From Macrostomum lignano (lineage: Eukaryota): 64,000 nucleotides of DNA. The DNA is taken from positions 62,001 through 126,000 of the forward strand of contig NIVC01001724.1 in assembly GCA_002269645.1 (NCBI GenBank), in the 5' to 3' direction. Position numbers and translations under genes: made by a program. Of the stretch, positions 1 to 10,721 are shown one piece after another. The notes below the pieces were generated by a model, which was given only the letters and a program-made list of their open reading frames with translations, was not told where the DNA came from and searched no databases. The stretch's first letter is position 1. Every line of letters begins with the position of its first letter.

Positions 1-570
1 CCACTCTTTTCTCACCTTCTAAAACTCTTTTCCCACCCTCTCTCCCACTCTTTTCTCACCTTCTAAATCTCTTTTCCCACCCTCTCTCCCACTCTTTTCC
101 CACCCTCTCTCCCACTCTTTTCCCACCCTCTCTCCCACTCTTTTCCCACCCTCTCTCCCACTCTTTTCCCACCCTCTCTCCAACTCTTTTCCCACCCTCG
201 CTCCCACTCTTTTCCCACCCTTGCTCCCACTCTTTTTCCCACCTTCTAAAACTCTTTTCCCACCCTCTCCCACTCTTCCCACCCTCTCTTCCACTCTTTT
301 CCTACCCTCGCTCCCACTCTTTTCCCACCCTCGCTCCCACTCTTTTTCCCACCTTCTAAAACTCTTTTCCCACCCTCTCCCACTCTTCCCACCCTCTCTC
401 CCACTCTTTTCCCACCTTCTAAAACTCTTTTCCCACCCTCTCCCACTCTTCCCACCCTCTCTCCCACTCTTTTCCCACCCTCTCTCCCACTCTTTTCTCA
501 CCTTCTAAAACTCTTGGCCCACCCTCTTCCACTCTTCCCACCCTCTCTCCCACTCTTTTTCCCACTCTTT
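1..570. repeat. CT-rich minisatellite, ~21-23 bp unit (ccactcttttcccaccctctctc)
   Basis: Degenerate tandem copies visible directly; explains ORFs 19..501, 221..508 and 246..467. Confidence 0.95.
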
Positions 571-650
571 CCGTTCCTCTAAGTAATTCAAGACTTGCCA
601 ATTTTTTTAAAGTTGAAGCATTTATTTCAGTGTTATTTCTTTTACTACAG

Positions 651-1316
651 GCGGAGACGACCGCTGCGCCACCTTCGAGCGACATGGCCAGCAATCAAAG
701 CAATGACAAAAGTGTCGATAAAACTGAAACACCTCCTGCTAATCGCGAGGAGTTGGTTCACGTCTTTTCGGCTCAGCAGCGACCTCTGACGCCAACACAA
801 CCGCGGTCGCCACCGACGCCGCCACGGCCGCAGTCGCCGCCTCCACCGCGGTCGCCACCGACGCCGCCACGGCCGCAGTCGCCGCCTCCACCGCGGTCGC
901 CACCGACTCCGCCGCTGCCTCCAGCGAGTGCAATTGAAGTTCACCATCAGGCCATCGCACCACAGCTGCTGCAGCGGCACGTGTTTAGCGTACCACCACC
1001 CCAGATGGTTCCGGGATTCGGCAACTGGGTCCCGATCCCGACGCTTTTGGCTCGGCCACCGCCGCCGCAACCGCAGATGCTGCCCTGGCAGCAGCAGCCG
1101 CTCCTTCCAAGCTTCGGCCCTCAATATCCGCAACCCGGGTCGAGTTTTGCTCCGCCAGGCTGTTGCTATCCAACACCGCCACCTCCGCCTCCGCCGGAGT
1201 ATAAAAGGGAATCCAGCAGAAAGCGCAAACTGCAGCAGCCTCCAAAATGCGGCAATAAAAATGCAACCAAGCCAAAAGAGCGTTGCAAGTTCTACATGGA
1301 AGGCAGGTGCAACAAG
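651..1316 (+). CDS. ZC3H4/ZC3H6-like CCCH zinc-finger protein, exon A (Pro-rich N-terminus, first half of finger 1)
   Basis: Acceptor tttactacag|651, possible start gacATGg at 684, donor AAG|gtaaat at 1317. Ends ...ERCKFYMEGRCNK, which joins in phase 0 to ADNCPFSH at 3164 to complete a C-x7-C-x5-C-x3-H finger. Confidence 0.85.
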
Positions 1317-1358
1317 GTAAATTACAGTAGATCAAGTTTATCTTAATTTAGTATTGTA

Positions 1359-2648
1359 CAAGGTGGATCCATTGAAACGTCACACTTTCGTTTTTCGGTT
1401 TTGGGCATATAAAAGCCAAGCGCATAGGGTTTTGCTCTCATATCTATGTGTGACCTCTGTGCAAAGTTTTACAGTAATCCAACTATTACTATGTCTGCAT
1501 ATGAGGAGATCCGTCAAAGATCATTGAAAAACTTCAAGCGGGAGAGCCTCCTACATCAATTGCTCGACATCTTGGAATTTCGAGGAACCGAGTTTATCGA
1601 AGCAAGCGACTTTTTGCGGCAACTGGCAGTGTTAAGGCACGTCACGGAGGTGGGCGCAGCCGCACTGCTCGCACTAAGAATGTCATCAAAGCTGTCAAAA
1701 TGCGCATCCGTAGGAACCCGAGACGAAGTGCTCGACAGCTGGCTCGGGACTTCGGAATGGCACACAAGACAATGAACCAGCTGCTCAAGGATGATGTCGG
1801 AGTGAAGAACAGAGCAGTAGTTTGTCGGCATTTCTTGTCAGAAGCCCAGAAGTTTACTAGAAAGATGCGAGGTAAGCAACTGCTCAGCTGGCTGAAGTCG
1901 CATTCACATCTGGTGCACGTCTTCTCAGATGAAAATTTTTTTCTGTCAATGCAGCTGCCCATAGAAGAAATGACCGATACTTGGTACCTGGCTGTGTAAA
2001 GGATGTCCCAGACGATGCTCGTGTGGTGCAGCGCAGCAAAAATCCAGCTTCTGTGATGGTGCTGGGGGTCATCAGCTCTGATGGACAAAAGTGCCCCCCA
2101 ATCTTCATTGACCCTGGTGCTAGGCTCAACGCTGTTGGCTATCAGTAGCTGCTGCGAAACAAAGTGCTGCCATGGTAAATCAGCACTACCCAAGTGGCCA
2201 ATATGTGTTCCAGCAAGTCGCAAGATGGTGCACCTGCACATACTGCGACAAGCACGCAGACCTTCCTGTCAGAGAATTTCGCAAATTATTGGCCAAAGGA
2301 CTTCTGGCCACCTTCGTTGCCAGACCTTAATCCACTGGATTATTATTTCGGGGCGCAAGTTGAGCGCGAGGCCTGTCGCATATCCCACCACAATCTCGAG
2401 TCGTTGCGCACCTCCATCTCAAAAGCATGGGATAAAATCCCATCAGCTGAAGTGCAAAAAGCTGTTGCTAGATTTCGAGCTCGGCTGGAGAAAGTTGTAA
2501 ATGGAAGCAGATGGCGGTTGCATTGAGTAAATCTGTTCCTGACAAGGTGTTGATCATTTACCAAATGCCTTTTGTTGTGCGCTTTTTTCTTGTCTAAAAT
2601 CAAGTAAAAATATACTCAGTACTAAAAAGTGTGACGTTTCACACCTTG
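1359..2648 (+). mobile_element. Tc1/mariner superfamily, DD37D (maT) DNA transposon, decayed, inside ZC3H intron 1
   Basis: TA on both flanks; TIRs caaggtg..gaaacgtcacacttt / aaagtgtgacgtttc.caccttg; 1290 bp long; motifs FSDE, QDGAPAHT, WPPSLPDLNPLDY with 37 residues between the 2nd and 3rd Asp (counted). Confidence 0.9.
1490..2526 (+). pseudogene. maT transposase pseudogene
   Basis: HTH region (IRRNPRRSARQLARDFGM) and DDD domain are split across ORFs 1446, 1700 and 2194 by frameshifts and stops. Confidence 0.85.
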
Positions 2649-3163
2649 TAAATGTGCAACTCATGAAGGCCAATCATCAAGGCACAGAGAGAGTGTACAC
2701 CCTGTGTGAGCGTGCGTGTCTGCGCACAGTATCCAAGTACGAGTATCTATAGTGTTAATTCCTCATAGAAATTCCTTAAAGATTTACCGAAGAGCCTATT
2801 GCTCATATTGATATCGCCGGCTGGCGAGGGGCCCAGCCAAAGTAAGTCGCAAAAATAGACATGGTACTAATTAGATGACGAGGCCTTTAGCCTTGAAATT
2901 ACAGTTATAGCTACTTCTGTCGTTTACCCAAAATTACGTTAATTTTGCCAAGGCTTCTTTCATAGGTATATCAGGTGAGGGGGGGGGTGGTTGCGCATGT
3001 ATGTTATTGCTGCATTCTGTAAACATTCTGTCGTTATAGAAACGATTAGCAATAAAGTATTCATGCTTATACGCCCGTATACGAGTATAATTAATAAGCT
3101 AGGCCCAGAAAGAAAAAAAAATTAATTAATCGCAAATTTCCGCTGTCTATTGATAAAATTCAG

Positions 3164-3415
3164 GCTGACAACTGCCCGTTCAGTCACGACTTCAAGCCGG
3201 AGCGGAAGCTGGAGCTGTGCAAATACTATGTGCAGTCCAGGTGCCGCAACGGCTCCAACTGTGCCTACATGCACCGCGAGTATCCGTGCAAATTCTTTCA
3301 CAAGTACAAATCCTGCAATCTGCCGGCTGGCCAGTGCAAGTTCTCGCACGAGCCGCTCACGGGGGAGACGGCCGCCCTTCTGTACAAGGCTGAAGAGGAC
3401 AGCACGGCGAGCGAG
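3164..3415 (+). CDS. ZC3H4/6-like exon B (CCCH fingers 1-3)
   Basis: cag|GCT GAC AAC TGC; [65 protein letters not shown] matches the ZC3H4/6/8 triple-finger spacing. The 3' donor (gag|gttttt) is weak and uncertain. Confidence 0.85.
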
Positions 3416-3495
3416 GTTTTTATAGCAGGGAGCACCAGCTGAAGATTTGGCTGTTTTTTGGGCTGAAATTCTGGAATTAGGTGGTCCAGAAGCTG

Positions 3496-3773
<278 letters not shown>

Positions 3774-3797
3774 GCAATCCAACGCAATTTTCAACAG

Positions 3798-4114
3798 GCT
3801 GTGCGACAACCAAGTGGAGTTGAAGCTCCCGATGCGGCAGAATCGTCATCAACATTGAGTAAGCCGACCTCTGTTAGGTACCATCAGGTGAACCAAGGAG
3901 ATGAGTCATCTGAGGAAGAAAACATGTCGCATGTCTCGCATCGCGGCGCCGCCTACGGCAACCTGTACAGAGACTGGCCATCATCGAGGCAGCCTGAGGG
4001 CAGCCCAGCCACCCGCCACTTGAGTAGCGAATCGAATAATTCTGAGTACATGATGACAAACTACTCGGAGTCTGACCGCAGCAGGAACTGGCGTGACCGA
4101 CTGCCCGACTCGAG
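3798..4114 (+). CDS. ZC3H4/6-like exon C (Ser/Arg-rich, low complexity)
   Basis: ttttcaacag|GCT acceptor (phase 0), AG|gtgagc donor (phase 2), open frame between. Confidence 0.65.
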
Positions 4115-4413
4115 GTGAGCTGCTACTATGGGGAAAAAGGGAAATTTAGAAGCAAAATTATTTGCATAACCTGTGGGAAATCAGCTAGTTACTTCATCAA
4201 GGGACAATCGATATGAAAGATAAATTGATCCCAAGGGGGGGGGGCATCACAAACCCGAATTATCACACAAATGAGAAGTATCATATACCCGATGTATCAC
4301 AAACCCGAAAACTACATGTAAAAAAGCATTGGTCTTATATGATGACCGTTGCTTTCACTTTCACTTCCCGTTGCATCCACCGCTCTTCATCCAAGGCTTC
4401 ATTCAGCATTCAG

Positions 4414-4597
4414 CCGTGACAGAAGCAGCAGCAGCCGTGGCAACATGTCACCAATCACACAGACTCGCAGAACCGGATCATACGGCACTGAGTCAACAAG
4501 CCGATTCCAGCCTTTCACAACACCGGAAAAACATCACGGGAAGCGAAGTAGCCGAGATGACGGCCGCAGCAGCGGAAGAAGCCGGCACAGACACTGA
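4414..4597 (+). CDS. ZC3H4/6-like terminal exon (RS-rich, ends ...SGRSRHRH*)
   Basis: cattcag|C acceptor is phase-compatible with the 4115 donor; TGA at 4595-4597. Confidence 0.6.
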
Positions 4598-4769
4598 ATG
4601 CCCTTAATAATGAGAGCGGAACAGAAAATACTGATCAAGGAGGCGAACGGAGTTGAAAAGTAAATTACAAAGAATAAAAATATCTGAGGAGACACAGATT
4701 TGAGACAGAAAGAAAAGACGACAGCAGATGACGACGACAGAAGTATGCAGACAAGGATGAGTGAGGCAG

Positions 4770-5265
4770 AAGCGGACACAAAGCGAGTGGACACAAACGG
4801 GCAAGGAGTGAGGCAGAAATAGACACAACACGAGCGGACACAAACGGGCAAGGAAGAGTGAGGCAGAAGCGGACACAAACGGCCAAGGAAGAGTGAGGCA
4901 GAAGCGGACACAAACGGTCAAGGAGTGAGGCAGAAGCGGACACAAACGGTCAAGGAGTGAGGCAGAAGCGGACACACTGTCAAGGAGTGAGGCAGAAGCG
5001 GACACAAACGGTCAAGGAGTGAGGCAGAAGCGGACACAAACTGTCAAGGAGTGAGGCAGAAGCGGACACAAACTGTCAAGGAGTGAGGCAGAAGCGGACA
5101 CAAACGGTCAAGGAGTGAGGCAGAAGCGGACACAAACGGTCAAGGCGTGAGGCAGAAGCGGACACAAACTGTCAAGGAGTGAGGCAGAAGCGGACACAAA
5201 CTGTCAAGGAGTGAGGCAGAAGCGGACACAAACTGTCAAGGAGTGAGGCAGAAGCGGACACAACA
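4770..5265. repeat. 32-bp minisatellite (gagtgaggcagaagcggacacaaacggtcaag)
   Basis: Direct tandem copies. Confidence 0.95.
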
Positions 5266-5694
5266 CATCGAAATTTTCAAAGAAATCGACACTCAAATCG
5301 GCAAAAATTCCGCCACGGAGCAGCGGAGCATGGCAAAAAATAACAAAGAACACTTGCTCTCCTACCGAAATTATTTTAATTGTATTGTTTTATATCAAAC
5401 CAAATATATATTATACTTAACGAATGCTGTGATGTAAAAAGACAAAATACTTTTATATTTTTATTTAAAGTAAAAAAGAACGTTACGGCGACAGTTCTCT
5501 ATTTATGAAAGTATAAATGAGTCAAATGACAGCTAGTGTGAGTGACAGCTATAATGTCCGTGTATTGATAGCATCGCTAAAATAACGTGCAAGCCCATAA
5601 AGGTGTAAGACGTAATTATCATTCATACGTTAGCTTTTAGTTATATTTAATAGCTGTCTACGACAGGCGATTGAATAAGGAGAAAAGACTGAGA

Positions 5695-6420
5695 AACATG
5701 AGGGAGAGGCTCTGAGACATGACGGGAGACTCTGAGACATGACGTGAGACTCTGAGACATGACGTGAGACTCTGAGACATGACGGGAGACTCTGAGACAT
5801 GACGTGAGACTCTGAGACATGACGTGAGACTCTGAGACATGACGGGAGACTCTGAGACATGACGGGAGACTCTGAGACATGACGGGAGACTCTGAGACAT
5901 GACGGGAGACTCTGAGACATGACGGGAGACTCTGAGACATGACGGGAGACTCTGAGACATGACGGGAGACTCTGAGACATGACGGGAGACTCTGAGACAT
6001 GACGTGAGACTCTGAGACATGACGGGAGACTCTGAGACATGACGGGAGACTCTGAGACATGACGGGAGACTCTGAGACATGACGGGAGACTCTGAGACAT
6101 GACGGGAGACTCTGAGACATGACGGGAGACTCTGAGACATGACGGGAGACTCTGAGACATGACGTGAGACTCTGAGACATGACGTGAGACTCTGAGACAT
6201 GACGTGAGACTCTGAGACATGACGGGAGACTCTGAGACATGACGGGAGACTCTGAGACATGACGGGAGACTCTGAGACATGACGGGAGACTCTGAGACAT
6301 GACGGGAGACTCTGAGACATGACGGGAGACTCTGAGACATGAGGAAGATATTCTGAGACATGAGGAAGAGACGCTGAGACACGAGAAAGATACTCTGAGA
6401 CATGAGAAAGAGATTCTGAG
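5695..6420. repeat. 20-bp minisatellite (gacgggagactctgagacat)
   Basis: Near-perfect tandem copies; source of ORFs 5630-6500. Confidence 0.97.
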
Positions 6421-6889
6421 AAATGAGGGAGATTTTGAGACAATACCGAGAGGAGCAACACAATAAACAACAAATATAGGTTTTCAATTAAATATTTCAC
6501 AAAGGCAAGCGACTACTCGTAATGTATAAGACTGTTTGAAAGAAAACACAAATAAATACAAGTCCCGTATCAACAAACAAACAAAGCAAAGTTGAACAAA
6601 AATTAAGAGATTTTTTACGAAGAGATCTTCAATAAGATAGCCAGAGAATCAAGATGATATGAACTCTTAGTTATCTGCTGATACTTGAGATGGCTGCAAC
6701 AACGTACATACAAATTTCATGTCACAAAGTACAAACGGAAAATGGTTTCTTTTAAGGTGTAAATTTCGCTCAAATCTTTGGAAATCCGATTGGGAAACCA
6801 TCCTATCTCATCACTTACGCGATTTACCTTCGACTCACAACCCTAGGTCACATATTCAACACTTAAGATTCACAACTAACTACCCAATC

Positions 6890-7270
6890 TTTCACAACCC
6901 TATAATCACCAATTCACAAACCTATATGTATAATCCCCTATTCACAAACCTCACATATAATCCCAATTCACAACCCTATAATCACCAATTCACAAACCTA
7001 TATGTATAATCACCTATTCACAAACCTCACATATAATCCCAATTCACAACCCTATAATCACCAATTCACAAACCTATATGTATAATCACCTATTCACAAA
7101 CCTCACATATAATAACCTATTCACAAACCTATAATCCCAATTCACAACCCTATAATCACCAATTCACAAACCTATATTCACCTATCTACAAACTTCTAAT
7201 ATACGATTCACAACCAACTATCCAATAATTCATAACTCCATAATCACTTATTCACAGAGTAGCATACGAT
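6890..7270. repeat. Degenerate ~20-bp AT-rich repeat (tataatcacc.attcacaaacc)
   Basis: Direct reading. Confidence 0.85.
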
Positions 7271-7560
7271 TCACACAACAACCTATCTCCAATTCGCAAC
7301 AAAAACACAACAAGAAGCCACACAACAAAAAACAGTTATAATGATAGGATAGAAATTGATGAGAGCTATAGGATCAATATAAAAACTTTTGTTCGCAGAA
7401 TACCTTACAAGTTGAGTAAAACGATTAATAAAATTTGTTGCCTAATAATAATATGTTATAATTTGAGACAATATCAGAGCAGACGAGGAATGAAGCGGCA
7501 ATATGCCCGCTGAACTGTATAATATGTAGACAGTTCATGAAGTTGTTACGCTTCGACCCG

Positions 7561-7653
7561 TCAGTGGCCCCCGTTGGCGAGCTTCTCAACGCAATCCACG
7601 GCGGCAAGAACCCAAGCCATGGGGCGGTCCCGCTTTGCCAGCAGTTCGTTGAG
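7561..7653 (-). CDS. Nicotinamidase, terminal exon (LNELLAKRDRPMAWVLAAVDCVEKLANGGH*)
   Basis: Acceptor ccttccaacgcag|CTC in phase 0 with the upstream donor; 31 codons to TGA. Confidence 0.65.
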   Translation of the reverse strand, partial: LNELLAKRDRPMAWVLAAVDCVEKLANGGH

Positions 7654-7734
7654 CTGCGTTGGAAGGCAATGTGTTGGATATTGTATGCCATTCTCTAACC
7701 TCTGAATCAGTGACTAGATCTTTAAGATTTATTG

Positions 7735-8075
7735 ACTAGATCAGCATGAGCGATGACCAGATCAGCATGAGCAGCATGAGCAATGACTAGATAAGCATGA
7801 GAAATGACTAGATCAGCATGATCAATGACTAGATCAGCATGATCAATGACTAGATCAGCCAGCATGAGCAATGACTAGATCAGCATGAGCAATGACTAGA
7901 TCAGCATGAGCAATGACTAGATCAGCATGAGCAATAACTAGATCAGCATGAGCAATGACTAGATCAGCATGAGCAATGACCAGATCAGCATGAGCAATGA
8001 CTAGATCAGCATGAGCAATGACTAGATAAGCATGATCAATGACCAGATCAGCATGAGCAATGACCAGATCAGCAT
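7735..8075. repeat. 21-bp intronic minisatellite (gatcagcatgagcaatgacta)
   Basis: Direct reading. Confidence 0.95.
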
Positions 8076-8086
8076 GCCAGTCTTAC

Positions 8087-8398
8087 CTGACCAGACCGGA
8101 CCACGACTCCGTGAGCGGCGGTCAGCTTGGCCTTAGTGGCGGCGATGCCATCCGGCATGACACCGCAGCAGGCGTCCTCAAGCAGCGCGGTGCGGTAGCC
8201 CAGCTCCTGGGCGTGGGCAGCCGTGGATCCGACGCAGACATCTGTGGCCAGGCCGCAGACGATGAGGTCAGAAATTCCCAGTTTGCTCAGTCTGTCGTGC
8301 AGGTCCGTCTTCTTCAGCTTGTTGTTGTCCCAGAATGCCGAGTAGCTGTCTATATCCGGGTCCGTGCCCTTGTACACCTTGGTGTGGTTGCCAGCCAG
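8087..8398 (-). CDS. Nicotinamidase (PncA/isochorismatase family) exon with catalytic Lys and Cys
   Basis: VYKGTDPDIDSYSAFWDN and VCGLATDVCVGSTA motifs; ctgcag| acceptor, CAG|gtaaga donor; 104 codons. Confidence 0.92.
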
Positions 8399-8439
8399 CT
8401 GCAGGAGGGACGAGACGGACAAAACTGTTCCAGGTGGAC

Positions 8440-8930
8440 ACAATCAGTTCCAAACAGACACAGTCAGTTCCAAACAAACACAGTCAGTTCCAAACAGACA
8501 CAGTCAGTTCCAAACAGACACAGTCAGTTCCAAACAGACACAGTCAGTTCCAAACAGACACAGTCAGTTCCAAACAGACACAGTCCGTTCCAAACAGACA
8601 CAGTCAGTTCCAAACAGACACAGTCAGTTCCAAACAGACACAGTCAGTTCCAAACAGACACAGTCAGTTCCAAACAGACACAGTCAGTTCTAAACAGACA
8701 CAGTCAGTTCCAAACAGACACAGTCAGTTCCAAACAGACACAGTCAGTTCCAAACAGACACAGTCAGTTCTAAACAGACACAGTCAGATCCAAACAGACA
8801 CAGTCAGTTCCAAACAGACACACTTAGGTCTAAACAGACACAGTTCCAAAGAGACACAGTTACAGATGGACACAATCAGTTCCAGACGGACACAAACAGC
8901 TCCAGACGGACACAAACAGCTCCAGGCGGA
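8440..8930. repeat. 20-bp intronic minisatellite (cagtcagttccaaacagaca)
   Basis: Direct reading. Confidence 0.96.
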
Positions 8931-8953
8931 CACAACATATAAAATACACCAAC

Positions 8954-9091
8954 CTTGAGTTCCGAGTGCAGTTCAGCGCCTGAAGAATTTTGCACGCAAT
9001 GCCGAGGCCACATTATCTGCTCGATGGGTCCGTAGGCCTTCGTCTCCAGCACCACAACATCGTTGAGGCCCACTTTGGCTGCGTCCTTGAT
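8954..9091 (-). CDS. Nicotinamidase exon (EQIMWPRHCVQNSSGAELH, metal-binding His)
   Basis: ctgcag|ATC acceptor, AAG|gttggt donor; 46 codons, phase 0-0. Confidence 0.9.
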
Positions 9092-9333
9092 CTGCAGAGT
9101 GGAGGCCGGCCTGGTTTGATGTAACTTTTAGATGAAAACTTTTTGATGCAAGAGAGGGACACTGAGACAAGATAGAGGCGGACACTGAGACAATATAGAT
9201 AGGGATATTGAGACAAGATAGAGGGACACTGAGACAAGATAAAAATACACTGAGACAAGATAGTGACGGACACTGAGACAAGAAAGACATCTATCAGACT
9301 GATAAAAATCCCATTGTTGAGGCGCTCTCCCAC

Positions 9334-9636
9334 CTTAGACTTGTCGCTTAGCTTCCGCTTAGCTAAATTGTCCAAAAACGAGATGTGATCAGCTGGGTGC
9401 CAGTCGAGGGAATAGATGACTGTCTTGAAGGCGGCAGAGTGCTTGGCTATGACGTCATTGATAACGGGTACAACGTTGGCACCATCCTCTTTGGCTGGAT
9501 AGACTTTCAAAGCGAGGCTACCCGTGATGAAGTCGTTCTGCACGTCAACAATCACCATGGCAACTGGGCCGGAGAAAATCACGCTCAGCCAGGGCAGAGC
9601 GCGAGCCGCCATGTCCGAGGGCGACACGAGGCCGTC
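9334..9636 (-). CDS. Nicotinamidase exon (VIVDVQNDFITGSL, SLDWHPADHISF)
   Basis: Catalytic Asp and D-x-H metal motif; ctccag|GAC acceptor, AAG|gtggga donor; 101 codons. Confidence 0.92.
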
Positions 9637-9659
9637 CTGGAGAAGAGGAGCACTTTACT

Positions 9660-9880
9660 GCAGTCACCTGACCCCACCAATGGAATCAAAGGGTGTCACC
9701 TGACCCCACCAATGGAATCAAAGTGTGTCACCTGACCCCACCAATGGAATCAAAGGGTGTCAGCTGACCCCACCAATGGAATCAAAGGGTGTCACCTGAC
9801 CCCACCAATGGAATCCCAGGGTGTCACCTGACCCCAACAATGGATTTAAAGGGTGTCACCTGACCCCACCAATGAAATCC
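9660..9880. repeat. 32-bp intronic minisatellite (tcacctgaccccaccaatggaatcaaagggtg)
   Basis: Direct reading. Confidence 0.93.
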
Positions 9881-9932
9881 CAAAGTGTATCATATGCTAA
9901 AAAAATTCTTAGCATTTCAAGACCATACCAAC

Positions 9933-10047
9933 CTTGTCCTTGTCCAAGAAGGCATAGATTTTATCCAGCTCAGCTGCACTCAGTGAACCACTGGTTGCAA
10001 TGGACTCAACCAAATTTTTTACCTCTGCTTTGTCTAATGCATTATCT
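9933..10047 (-). CDS. Nicotinamidase N-terminal EF-hand exon (not in the ORF track)
   Basis: tttag|A GAT AAT...GAC AAG|gttggt; encodes DNALDKAEVKNLVESIATSGSLSAAELDKIYAFLDKDK; phase 2 in and phase 0 out fit both neighbours. Confidence 0.8.
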
Positions 10048-10141
10048 CTAAAATAGATAAATTTTTTGAGACAATCAGAATAATTTATTTAAAACTGAAG
10101 TGCAAATGAAACATATATGTTAAACAAAAATCATAACTTAC

Positions 10142-10242
10142 TTGTTTGCATCAAATGTCTGAAAGATCCTTTTTATATCAGCTTCTGTGATATCCTTGCC
10201 AGGATATTGGTTAAAAAACTTGCTATTGCCAAACATTTTGTG
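10142..10242 (-). CDS. Nicotinamidase N-terminal exon (HKMFGNSKFFNQYPGKDITEADIKRIFQTFDAN); true start is here or upstream
   Basis: ttacag|CAC acceptor, AA|gtaagt donor; completes EF loop DANKDNALDKAE. Confidence 0.75.
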
Positions 10243-10555
10243 CTGTAAGTAGTTGTAAGATTATACAACATAAGTTAAATCTATAAAAATAAATAGAAAG
10301 TCATGGTAATAGTTACTAAGGCTAATTTCAAATGTCAAATGTTTAATATTTAATAAATTGTAATAGTTGGCTTTATTATAATATATATTGCTTGTCATTA
10401 AATATGAATAAAGGTAAAACCTTATATCCTTGAATTGTCTTTTTGAAAAGCAACTGTTTCAATTTTTTATAAAGACTAGCTATAAGTATAAAGGCTAATA
10501 AATACATAATACTATCAATACTGATATTCATAAACTAGAATACTAATAAAAATTC

Positions 10556-10721
10556 AGTGGCATATATAGGATTTTCTATTGGTGGTGGGGGTTGCTGACA
10601 AACCAGGGCCACAGGGAGTATCGTCTATCTGCACCAACAAGTTTGGACAATAAAGGACCTTTTTGGGGTTCTCTCTGGCTAGTCACCTCTGGCAAGCCCC
10701 TCGCCCCCTGCATATGCCACT
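10556..10721. mobile_element. Possible MITE (10-bp TIR agtggcatat/atatgccact)
   Basis: 166-bp GC-richer insert in AT-rich DNA with terminal inverted repeat; no clear TSD. Confidence 0.4.

Noticed and set aside
5630-6500. ORFs of 217-285 aa
   Set aside because: Products of a 20-bp minisatellite.
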